A stretch of 64,000 bases of DNA, taken from the NCBI GenBank assembly GCA_039809385.1, contig JBDHUY010000008.1:33251-97250 (forward strand), in the 5' to 3' direction. The stretch comes from Candidatus Altimarinota bacterium. GTDB taxonomy: Bacteria; Patescibacteriota; Gracilibacteria; JBDHUY01. Positions 18,539-27,163 of this stretch are shown here, in pieces. Both the position numbers and the translations under genes were made by a program. Within the stretch, counting starts at the first letter, position 1; each line of letters starts with the position of its first letter. The notes beneath the pieces are model-generated. The model did not search any database. It saw only the letters and a list, made by a program, of their open reading frames with translations, and had not been told where the DNA came from.

Positions 18539-21500
18539 GAGCACGTCTGCCCGTTGGGCCAGCTATTATTGAGCAGGAAAAAGGCCATGAACTGAATGTC
18601 GGTAATATCGATTTTGGTTTGGTCGCGATTGGCGGTATTGCAATTTAACTGAGGCGGATTCGCATCGTTTTTCACATCCCCGTTTTTGATATTGGTCGCA
18701 TTGGCCGGGACAGTTTTGTCGGCCAGAAATTGCATGACCGTCGTAAGATCGTTAATTTTAAAGCCGTTCTGGCAGTCGACATCGCCTAATGTGGGACAAC
18801 TGCTGCCGCCGTCTGTGGTAATCGAAAAAGTTGTATCGCTACGATCAGTCGGGGTACAGTTTTTGACGCCGGTTCCGTCCGCTTCGCAGTTTTCTACTTG
18901 AACCTTATACACATTCCCGGAAGTTTCGGCTGCCGGGAATGTAACACTTTTTTCTCGCACATCAACGTTACTGACCAGCCGATCGAAGATGGCTAAGGGA
19001 GTCGAAACAGCAACATCATTTTTCAATAACACGACACGTATTTTGGGCTTTGTCAGATGTGCCGGATTCCAGGCAATCGTGGTCGTATCACCCGATTTAA
19101 AGGACTCTCCCCCATCGGGGCGTAATACGGTTATGGCTACGGGGAAAGCGCCCGAACTGGCAATGGTAAACGGGGTTGTTTCGGAGATCACACCGGACTG
19201 AAAATCACAGAATCCCTGCGCGGGATCGTTTTGACACAAGCCGATCACGATTTTATAGTTCTGCCCGGTCAGTTCGGGCATGGTAATAACTTCCTTTTTG
19301 GCACCGTTGCTCGTATCGCTCACGGTTCGTAAAGGAGTACTACGTGTATTCCCGCTAAAGAGTTGAATCTGGAGTTTTTTGCCTTGGGGAGTATTCTGCT
19401 GGGTCCAGGAAAGGGTATAGCTGTTCCCATTCTTGAGGATACGGGATGCGGCTCCTTCCAGTTCGACGATTTTAGCGGATGTCACGCTGGGGGTAGCTCC
19501 GCCTGACCCGCTTGTAATTTCAAATGAGGCGCTGGTAACCGAAACGCCGGTAATGGCGCACGGATCGACCTGACTGTCGACCTGGCACAAGGCCACCCGA
19601 ATCAAATAGCCGGGTCCGGGCGTTACGTTGGGAATAACGCGATCAACTGTACGCTCGCTGTTTTGTACGTTCGTGTCGTAAGCCCCCAACCGTTGAGCAG
19701 CCTGACCGTTTTTGAAGAGAAGAATCACAATGCGGCTATTGGCCGGAATATTAGCTTGCGTCCATTTGATATTGAGAGAGGCTCCCTGGGCAATCTTGTC
19801 CTGATTCAAACCCGTAAGAACCAGATTCGTAATGCTTGGCGTGCTGCTGCCGGTAGTGATCTCAAAGGACGCGCTTGTAACCGAAACTCCCGTAATATTG
19901 CAGGGGTCTTGGTTATCGTTCTCGCAGAGCGCTACGCGGATCAGATAACCTGGTCCGACCGAAACATTCGGAATTGTTCGAACCACTGAACGCTCTCCGT
20001 TTTGGGTATTGGTTTCAAAAACGCCCAACTTTTGAGGTTGTTGTCCGGTTTTAAAGAGACTAATCTGAATCCGGCTGTTGGCTGGAATATTAGCTTGTGT
20101 CCATTTAATAGTCAGATTGGCGCCTTGGGAAATTTTGTCCTGATTCAACCCTTCCAAAAACAGATTGGTAATACTGGCCTGGGCGCCACCACCGGCGGTA
20201 ACGGTCACAGAAACCGGATTGGTTGCGCGAAACTGCGGATTGTCACCCCACTTCGCCTGAAAAATAGTTGAATAATTCCCCTGGCTGCTATAGCGATGCT
20301 TGAAGGTATAACAATTGTCGTTTTTTTTACAAGTTACAGTTTCGTCTCCCGGCGTCTGAGCAGAAAACTGCCCCTGAGTATCGCCGAAATTAGCGGTAAA
20401 TTGAGGGTCTCCCGCACAAGTGGCATTGCCGGTTTTGTCCAGATCGAGCGAAAAGGTGATATCCTCGTTGGTTGTCGCACTCGTTTTGTCGGCACCAAAA
20501 GATTGTATCGTAAAATTGCACAAAGGCGACTGCGCAGGCACAACCGGCGTGACGGGATCGGAAACACCCAGAATACTGTCGGGATGGTCGGCGCCGGTAT
20601 TATCTATGATTTTTAATATTGCGGTAATCTGTTTCCCGGCCGGCAATCCTGTTACGACGCATGTACGAAGGGATTTATCCTTCATGCTCTTATTACTGTC
20701 GGGACAAACATATGCGGGGCCTGTCGATTGTTCACAGGTTTCAGCTTGGGAAAGAGTATCGCCATAGCAAACCTTGTAATGATTAAATGTCGACGGGACG
20801 GTCGACACCCCCGGATCGCCCCAATTAAATTTGACAGCGCCTCCCTGCTGCAACTGCAGATCGGGAGAAAATCCCAGATGGCGGGTGGTTCTAAAAATTT
20901 GCCGATCCGATTTTGTGTTATTCCCGTCAAAGCGTTTAGCGGTAACCAAAACGCAATATTCTGTATCGGGATTGAGAAGCGCGGTACCGTCTTTGTTAAA
21001 CACAAACGACCGCAAGCGGGCATCCAGCTCTATCGTTTTATTCGGCCAGCCCTCGTCACCATAGGTACAGCGGGTTTCAGCCGTTCCGCTGCTGCTGAGC
21101 GGTCGTCCCCATTTGACCGTGTAGCTGGAGATCTGATCCTGGCGATTGAAGAACCAACCGACTTCGAGGCTGTTACTGGAGCTAAAGAGCTGTTGAATAG
21201 AGCCGTCAACCAGGGGACTATTGCTGTTATTTTGATTGGTATTGGCAGCTAGAACGTCAATTCTACGAGGTTCGGTCGGGAGATCACTCTGACAAGCGCC
21301 ACCCCAGTTGACCGAAAAGAGCGGACGATAGGTTCCGGGGGTAACGTAGGTATGCGAAGGGCTGGAACGGGTTGAGGTATTGCCATCGCGGAAATCCCAG
21401 GTATAGACAGGTGTTCCGAAGCATTTGTCGTTCGTTGCTTGTACATTGCTGTCAAATTGGACAAAAAAGTTTGGAGCTGTTTGACCGGCGGCAAAGGTAG

Positions 21501-21804
21501 CGGTGGGAGCAACGCTGAATTGACACTCGGCGCTGGGCAAGCATATGGGACCGGCGTTGAGGTTGTCGTTTATCGGGTCGCCGCAACCGGCTCCAACGGT
21601 TATGCCAAAGAACGTAAAACAGGGAGACGGCCCTTCCAAAGAACCGGAAGAGATCGAGGTTTGTATAGTACGGCCGCTTTGACCTACCCAAAGGGACATG
21701 GCCGTGGCAAACCCGACGACGAGGATTCCGAAAAAAAGCGGCCACCTGCGTTGGCGCAGAAAGAGCAAGAATTTGTTTAGGGACCGACCTTTGGTTTTGG
21801 GCAT
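18535..21804 (-). CDS. large surface protein: PKD, FN3-like, PKD, four Ser/Thr-rich beta repeats, C-terminal dockerin
   Basis: N-terminal TM; PKD YTWDFRDGNTST..PSHTYVTPGTY; near-identical tandem repeats SITNL.L.GLNQDKI.QG; ITVLRPDGGESFKSGDTTTIAW; dockerin GDVDCQNGFKINDLTTVMQFL...GDV...KIDITDIQFM; ORF track start 21855. Confidence 0.82.
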   Translation of the reverse strand: MPKTKGRSLNKFLLFLRQRRWPLFFGILVVGFATAMSLWVGQSGRTIQTSISSGSLEGPSPCFTFFGITVGAGCGDPINDNLNAGPICLPSAECQFSVAPTATFAAGQTAPNFFVQFDSNVQATNDKCFGTPVYTWDFRDGNTSTRSSPSHTYVTPGTYRPLFSVNWGGACQSDLPTEPRRIDVLAANTNQNNSNSPLVDGSIQQLFSSSNSLEVGWFFNRQDQISSYTVKWGRPLSSSGTAETRCTYGDEGWPNKTIELDARLRSFVFNKDGTALLNPDTEYCVLVTAKRFDGNNTKSDRQIFRTTRHLGFSPDLQLQQGGAVKFNWGDPGVSTVPSTFNHYKVCYGDTLSQAETCEQSTGPAYVCPDSNKSMKDKSLRTCVVTGLPAGKQITAILKIIDNTGADHPDSILGVSDPVTPVVPAQSPLCNFTIQSFGADKTSATTNEDITFSLDLDKTGNATCAGDPQFTANFGDTQGQFSAQTPGDETVTCKKNDNCYTFKHRYSSQGNYSTIFQAKWGDNPQFRATNPVSVTVTAGGGAQASITNLFLEGLNQDKISQGANLTIKWTQANIPANSRIQISLFKTGQQPQKLGVFETNTQNGERSVVRTIPNVSVGPGYLIRVALCENDNQDPCNITGVSVTSASFEITTGSSTPSITNLVLTGLNQDKIAQGASLNIKWTQANIPANSRIVILLFKNGQAAQRLGAYDTNVQNSERTVDRVIPNVTPGPGYLIRVALCQVDSQVDPCAITGVSVTSASFEITSGSGGATPSVTSAKIVELEGAASRILKNGNSYTLSWTQQNTPQGKKLQIQLFSGNTRSTPLRTVSDTSNGAKKEVITMPELTGQNYKIVIGLCQNDPAQGFCDFQSGVISETTPFTIASSGAFPVAITVLRPDGGESFKSGDTTTIAWNPAHLTKPKIRVVLLKNDVAVSTPLAIFDRLVSNVDVREKSVTFPAAETSGNVYKVQVENCEADGTGVKNCTPTDRSDTTFSITTDGGSSCPTLGDVDCQNGFKINDLTTVMQFLADKTVPANATNIKNGDVKNDANPPQLNCNTANRDQTKIDITDIQFMAFFLLNNSWPNGQTCS

Positions 21805-21924
21805 AAGGGGCAAATGAAAAAGCAATGTGGGAGATTCTTGGCGTTTTAAAAACAAGAATTCTTATCATAATAACAAAAAAATCGATTTTGTTCAACGAGG
21901 GTATTTTCGTTTTTGGCAAAAGTG

Positions 21925-21953
21925 TTGACGGCTGCCCGGAGGATTACTATACT
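21925..21953 (+). promoter_or_regulatory. sigma70 promoter
   Basis: TTGACG-17 bp-TATACT. Confidence 0.65.
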
Positions 21954-22041
21954 TTGCAACCTGACATATTTACCTGTCAGGTATCATTCTCTATAAAAAG
22001 GTGACAAACACACAATACAAATAAAAAAGATAACAATGATC

Positions 22042-22174
22042 TTTGACACATAGAAAAAGCAGGTAGTCTTCTGAATACGAACCGATTGTTCGAAGGTGTG
22101 GCAACCGTGCCACTGCCCCAGTCCACGGTGCTCGTGTTCAGAAAACCTGCCTGCTTGCTAGTCCATTAGTCAAA
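22042..22174 (+). ncRNA. candidate structured RNA / leader (unassigned)
   Basis: long stem AAGCAGGTAG..TTCTGAATACGA / TCGTGTTCAGAA..CTGCCTGCTT with G-U pairs on the + strand; apical hairpin GTGGCA-ACCG-TGCCAC; downstream of a strong promoter. Confidence 0.4.
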
Positions 22175-22199
22175 CAGGCGAATCTTAAGGAGAAGATCA

Positions 22200-22796
22200 A
22201 TGAAAAAGATTTTTTTGATAGTGTTATTAATGCTCTCTCTTGTGACAAGTATCAACGCACAAGATAAAAAGAATTCAAACCTCAGCAATCCTCTGGGCAC
22301 CAAAGTCCAAAAGCTAAAGCAAGCCATTCTCTCCAACCAATTAACTTTGATAGAAGGTGATTTTTCACAAATATTAAAAGAAATCGAACCTTCAGAATCA
22401 GAAGATGAAGACGAAAGGTTAATAGTTGAAAGAAAGAAATTTGGCAATATATATGAAGTTTCTCTATCTACAATAAAAAGGTCAGAAGGTGGGTTGACTA
22501 TAGAGGTTGATACTCAAAGAAATACACTCACCATCACCGCTGGTAATAAAGACGAAAATATTATTTTTGTCGATAAGAAGATGGATGGGGTCATTGATGA
22601 ATTAACGCTGAATCTAAAAGAACCAAAATTAGAAATTCCAGAAGACGCAACCCCAGACCAATCACAAAGAATCAAAGAGACTTTTGAGAAAGAAATGAAA
22701 GAGTACGATACATCGAAAACTTTACTCGAAGCAAACAAACAAAAGTCTTACAAGATTCTTATTAAGTTACTTCTCATACTATTTGATATTGATTAG
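22200..22796 (+). CDS. secreted hypothetical protein (AT-rich)
   Basis: AAGGAG RBS; signal peptide MKKIFLIVLLMLSLVTSINA; followed by a terminator. Confidence 0.75.
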   Translation: MKKIFLIVLLMLSLVTSINAQDKKNSNLSNPLGTKVQKLKQAILSNQLTLIEGDFSQILKEIEPSESEDEDERLIVERKKFGNIYEVSLSTIKRSEGGLTIEVDTQRNTLTITAGNKDENIIFVDKKMDGVIDELTLNLKEPKLEIPEDATPDQSQRIKETFEKEMKEYDTSKTLLEANKQKSYKILIKLLLILFDID

Positions 22797-22817
22797 CAAA
22801 AATATGCAGGTCTCCAC

Positions 22818-22846
22818 GGCCGGGTTGAAACACACCCGGCCTTTTC
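22818..22846 (+). terminator. intrinsic terminator
   Basis: GGCCGGGT-loop-ACCCGGCC followed by TTTT. Confidence 0.7.
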
Positions 22847-22891
22847 CATGTAAAAAAGGATATAGTGATTTCAATGAAACCGAGATGACAG

Positions 22892-23140
22892 TCAGATACG
22901 CTCTTGCAAAAGCTCCGCTATTTCCGCACGAATAACCTTAATTGCCAGCTCTTGGGAAAAATCGGTTAAAGGATTTTCGGGACCCAGCGCTTCTTCATAC
23001 TCCTTTACAGTACGTTCAATAAGCTCGTCCAAAGAGAGTCTTTTTCTGTCTTCGGGAGAAAGCTTTGCAATGTGATCCAAAACGGGATCAAGCACCGAAT
23101 CTAAATAATTCACTTTAGCATTCGTACCAGTATCGGGCAT
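22892..23140 (-). CDS. small acidic hypothetical protein
   Basis: likely start MPDTGTNA at 23140; ORF track start 23212. Confidence 0.55.
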   Translation of the reverse strand: MPDTGTNAKVNYLDSVLDPVLDHIAKLSPEDRKRLSLDELIERTVKEYEEALGPENPLTDFSQELAIKVIRAEIAELLQERI

Positions 23141-23215
23141 AGCAAAGGGATAAATAGAAAACTCTCTCAGAGGCTGTCTGAAAAGTATACATCGTTCCTT
23201 TTTGCTTGTCATGCT

Positions 23216-23364
23216 CCGTCATTGCGAGGAAGCTCGTATAATGCTTTCCAGCAAGTTATTAACCAGACGAAGCAATCTTTGTCCCCTGCCAGGAGTGCAT
23301 GAGATTGCTTCGTCGAGTTTGTCTTTTGCGTTAAAGATATCTATTACCTCCTCGCAAGGACGGA
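23216..23364. repeat. GTCAT-type palindromic element (RPE/REP-like pair)
   Basis: CCGTCATTGCGAGG..GACGAAGCAATCT ... AGATTGCTTCGTC..CCTCGCAAGGACGG inverted arms. Confidence 0.7.
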
Positions 23365-23439
23365 ATCGGGCTTTCCTTGAAGTACAAGTGGATTTCGTAA
23401 CTCAAGTTAACATAGATTTGGTACTTCAAGCGATACCTC

Positions 23440-23886
23440 TTAACGCACCGACAATCCCAGTTTTTTGAGCAAACGCGCCAATTGAGTCTGTTCGGCAGCA
23501 TTCAGTCCCGATACCGCGGACACAATCGTGGCAGCATGCGCGGGAAAGATCCGCTGAAAAAGCTTTTGTCCTTTTTCGGTCAGCTCCACATAGTGAGAAC
23601 GACGATCGGTCGGACAGGCAATACGACGAACCAGTCCGCTTTTGGTCAGATTATCCACCACCACCGTCATATTACCGCCAGAAACCAGAACTTTTTCGCA
23701 GATTTTACCCAAAGACAACGTTCCCAAATGTCCCAAACACTCGATCACCGCAAACTGCGGCGGCGTCAGACCGGACTGTCTGATATTTTCAGCGCTTTTC
23801 TGAGCCACCACCGCATAGCAGCGGGCCAGTTTGACCCACAGATCGAGCGCGCGGATTGTCTTAGGATCGTAAGATTTTTTTTTCAT
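23440..23886 (-). CDS. MarR family transcriptional regulator
   Basis: GLTPPQFAVIECL, GNMTVVVDNL, DRRSHYVELTEKG. Confidence 0.92.
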   Translation of the reverse strand: MKKKSYDPKTIRALDLWVKLARCYAVVAQKSAENIRQSGLTPPQFAVIECLGHLGTLSLGKICEKVLVSGGNMTVVVDNLTKSGLVRRIACPTDRRSHYVELTEKGQKLFQRIFPAHAATIVSAVSGLNAAEQTQLARLLKKLGLSVR

Positions 23887-23943
23887 GCGTACGATATGAA
23901 CAAGATACGCCTCACATCAGATACATCATACCGATGTAGATTG

Positions 23944-24795
23944 TCATTTCCAGTTTTTAGCCAGCCACTGAGGAAAGTCCATCAAACCGGGATGAATTTG
24001 ACGTAATTCTTCAATATCGGCCTCATACCCGTGATCGATAAACCACTGGAACATGACCGCGCCTTCTTCACTCTGCTGACGGGCAACATCTATGGGTACT
24101 ACCTGAAAGTCGGTTTTCATGCCCGAAACAGCGGTAATTGCCTCGGACATCTGGGGTCCCGTCAGCTCGTCGCCGGCCAGTTCGATATTTGTTCCGATAA
24201 AGCGGTCCGGCTGATCGAAAGCCAAGGCAGCAAAATAACCGATATCGTCTACCGCAATCATTTGAAGTTTAGTGTCTGCCAGAATCGGCAAAAAAAGAGT
24301 CATCGAACCGTCCTCATTTTTCTGTGGTGGCGAAAAGTTTAAAAAATTATCCATAAAAAAGACTGGCCGAAAAACCGTTGTCGGGATTCCCAAAGATTGG
24401 ATATACTCCTCAACCAGCCATTTAGAATCAAAGTGCGGAATGCCGGTGTTACGTTCGGCACCTCCGACCGATGAATAGACTAAATGAGAGATATTGGCTT
24501 CTTTAGCCATATCGGCGACCAGTTTCCCCTGGCGCACTTCCTCGTCGAATCCGATCTGCCAGAAATTCTGCACACTGTAGACTCCGTCCACTCCCTGCAT
24601 GAGGGAACGCAAGGACTCAGCGTTTCCGATATCCCCCTCGACGACTTGCATGCCCTGTTCTTGTAACGCCTGAGCCGCCGGTTTGCTCATATCGCGCGTT
24701 ACCGCCCGCACCGTATGTCCCAGTTTAGCCAAATGCCGGGCCACGGCTCCTCCCTGCTGTCCGGTTGCTCCGATCACCAGTATGGTTTTTGCCAT
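23944..24795 (-). CDS. NmrA/HSCARG family NAD(P)-binding protein
   Basis: GATGQQGG, YSSVGGAER, PHFDSKW, RPVFFMDN, IAVDDIG; ORF track start 24840. Confidence 0.92.
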   Translation of the reverse strand: MAKTILVIGATGQQGGAVARHLAKLGHTVRAVTRDMSKPAAQALQEQGMQVVEGDIGNAESLRSLMQGVDGVYSVQNFWQIGFDEEVRQGKLVADMAKEANISHLVYSSVGGAERNTGIPHFDSKWLVEEYIQSLGIPTTVFRPVFFMDNFLNFSPPQKNEDGSMTLFLPILADTKLQMIAVDDIGYFAALAFDQPDRFIGTNIELAGDELTGPQMSEAITAVSGMKTDFQVVPIDVARQQSEEGAVMFQWFIDHGYEADIEELRQIHPGLMDFPQWLAKNWK

Positions 24796-24855
24796 AAGAA
24801 AATGAATAAGAAAAATAAATTCAGAATACTTTAAATTCAAAATATTCTAATTTGA

Positions 24856-24883
24856 AGTATAGAGAAAGTACAAGAAAAGTCAA
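24856..24883 (-). promoter_or_regulatory. sigma70-like promoter for nmrA-marR
   Basis: minus strand TTGACT-16 bp-TATACT. Confidence 0.5.
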
Positions 24884-24981
24884 TGATTGGCAAAAAGTCG
24901 CACATACAGAATCACCGAGATACATGAAAAGGAGAGATCTCTGAGAGCATATCTGAAAAGTATACATAAAAAATATTTGAA

Positions 24982-25146
24982 GGCATTCCGGCTTGTCCGG
25001 AATCCAGGTGGTAGTGATAATGAACAGGTATTAGATCCTCTGTATTACCGGTTAGGGAAATGGATTAGGCTCTAAGTTACTCCTCATTGAGCCCTTTAAA
25101 CAAGCTCCGTCCGTGTACGGATGCTGGGCGGGGCCAGCATGACGAC
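24982..25146 (-). repeat. composite palindromic element, copy A (MITE/REPIN-like)
   Basis: minus strand: GTCATGCTGG..CCAGCAT hairpin + 34-bp core shared (31/34) with 46365-46398 + GGATTCCGGACAAGCCGGAATG hairpin. Confidence 0.65.
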
Positions 25147-25182
25147 AAAGTAGGAACGATATATACTTTATCAGAAAGGCTC

Positions 25183-25500
25183 TTACGCCCATACCCGCTG
25201 TTTATTTTTTTCCTCCTTGGCGCGGAAGGCGGTTTCCAGATCGACTCCGACCTGATTGGCGACCGAACAGAGAACAAGCATAATATCGGCGAGTTCTTCC
25301 TCGACCGTACCGATTTTGGAAGAAGCGTCTATTTTCAGTCCTTCGCGTTTGCGGATAGCCTTCATCAGCTCGCCGATCTCCTCGGTCAACAGCAGACACC
25401 GCGATTGCAGCGTCTGGTCCTGGAATCCGCGCTCCTCACCCATTTGCTGAACATATTTCTGGATGTCCGACAGGGTTGGATTTTCTTTGAGGAAAGGCAT
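25183..25500 (-). CDS. MazG-like nucleotide pyrophosphohydrolase
   Basis: LLTEEIGELMKAIRK, EEELADI, ANQVGVDLETAFRAKEEKNKQR. Confidence 0.88.
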   Translation of the reverse strand: MPFLKENPTLSDIQKYVQQMGEERGFQDQTLQSRCLLLTEEIGELMKAIRKREGLKIDASSKIGTVEEELADIMLVLCSVANQVGVDLETAFRAKEEKNKQRVWA

Positions 25501-25574
25501 AGATGCAAATTATTATTAAAAAAATAAGATCTACAGTAGAGAGAACTGAGAGATTCTATTAGCTTAAAACAAGG

Positions 25575-26237
25575 TCAAATAAGTAATTTAAGAACATTTT
25601 TAAAATAGCTACTCCATGAAAACTCAAATATGGAAAATCTAAAATCGTTTAATCCTGTAAGCGCTTTAAGCTTAGGTGACAGTTTAATCAACAGCTCATT
25701 CCAAAGGCTACCAAGTTTATTAACTTCTTTTATATAAAAACTTATCTGATCATATGTGAGAACTTTTCGAGCAGGAGTAATTTCAGAAGCTCCGTTTGAG
25801 TTAGACCATGTAGCAATTTTATGACCGTGTAGAAAGTCATTACGTATATCACTAATTTTTTTAAAGACTTTCTTAATAAAATCAATTGGTTCTTTAATCT
25901 GATCTGATACTGAAGAAAAAAATATCTTAACAAAGTGGTCTAATTCCTGATGAATATATCGACGATCATTCTTAATCCAGCTTTTATAAATATCTTCATT
26001 TGTATGTTTAAACTCAAGCTCAATTATTTTTCTCATTCTTTGGTGTAAAAAACACTCTATATATATTTGTAAAAAGATATATGAAAAAATTAAATCAGTT
26101 TCTGACCCATCTTTTTTATAACTTTTAAAATATTTTTCAAACTCATTGCGATATATTAAAGCATCAATTTCAGCTTCTATTTCATAAGAATCAACTAAAG
26201 AGATTTTTTCATTAAGTTCTACATTATAATGTGTCAT
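25575..26237 (-). CDS. AT-rich hypothetical protein with HEPN-like RxxxxH motif
   Basis: helical protein with IYIECFL and IRNDFLHG; visibly more AT-rich than flanks. Confidence 0.55.
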   Translation of the reverse strand: MTHYNVELNEKISLVDSYEIEAEIDALIYRNEFEKYFKSYKKDGSETDLIFSYIFLQIYIECFLHQRMRKIIELEFKHTNEDIYKSWIKNDRRYIHQELDHFVKIFFSSVSDQIKEPIDFIKKVFKKISDIRNDFLHGHKIATWSNSNGASEITPARKVLTYDQISFYIKEVNKLGSLWNELLIKLSPKLKALTGLNDFRFSIFEFSWSSYFKNVLKLLI

Positions 26238-26416
26238 TTTTTTGAAGAATTATGCAATATTAAACTAGACTTAATTCTATACTATCACGATTCTAAAAAA
26301 AGATTGATTCAAGTCCATTAAGATAAAGTTGCCATATCCATGAAGACAAGAAACGTCACCAGCCCTGCCTTTGTTCCCATACGTAATACCTAATACTTTA
26401 TACCAAATACTCCTGC

Positions 26417-27163
26417 TTACCCCACCCCGATTACGGGAGCATAGACCACACCGGGCGGGGCAAAATTATCCAGACGGTGTAGAACTTCGGGATCGAGACT
26501 CGCAATGCGAAAAACTTTGGTCGTGCCCACCACGCTAAAAGTCGACAGCAGATCCCCCAGAATCTTGTAACTATACACCCCCCGTGTCCACGCCGCTCCC
26601 TGCAGCGTATCGGTCAGCATCTGAATAAACAGCGGATTGGGCGCCGAACCCGGGTTAAAAACGGTACAACGCTTTGGTTCGCGATGTTTCGCTACCAAAT
26701 AACAGATCGTCCCTCCCAAGGAATGACCGCAAATGCGCTTCGTATACGCCGGATAGCGTTCCCGCACAGCGTCGTACAATACCAGCGACTGTTCGATACG
26801 CGGATCCAGTCCCGAGACCCCCAGCAGCAGCTCGACGTCACTGGCCAGATCGTGAAAATTCCCGATATCGGTGCCTCGATAGCCAATGAGGCAATCGCGC
26901 CTTATCTCGTTCACATACAAACATACCTGTCCGACATTCGAAAAATCGGCATCCAGCCGGTAACCGCTCACTGCCAAGGGACGCCTGGTAATCGGATAAT
27001 ACGCATACGTAGCCACCTGATGCGCCAGAATATCTTCCTCCTGCAAACGGATCACCGGATCGGCTACTTGGTCAAACAACGCCGAGAACCGACGCTTGAT
27101 CCAGCGACTCGTAAAACGGATAGCGTGTTTTTCGCGCATTCGCGCGATCAGGTTAATCAGCAT
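26417..27163 (-). CDS. alpha/beta-hydrolase, lipase class 3 / DUF2974-like
   Basis: IGYRGTD, GHSLGG nucleophile elbow, VFNPG, GDLLS, H near the C-terminus. Confidence 0.8.
   Translation of the reverse strand: MLINLIARMREKHAIRFTSRWIKRRFSALFDQVADPVIRLQEEDILAHQVATYAYYPITRRPLAVSGYRLDADFSNVGQVCLYVNEIRRDCLIGYRGTDIGNFHDLASDVELLLGVSGLDPRIEQSLVLYDAVRERYPAYTKRICGHSLGGTICYLVAKHREPKRCTVFNPGSAPNPLFIQMLTDTLQGAAWTRGVYSYKILGDLLSTFSVVGTTKVFRIASLDPEVLHRLDNFAPPGVVYAPVIGVG

Noticed and set aside
5540-21855. Classical cellulosome
   Set aside because: No glycoside hydrolase or CBM3 motif recognised in any dockerin-bearing protein; the only GH (GH18) lacks a dockerin
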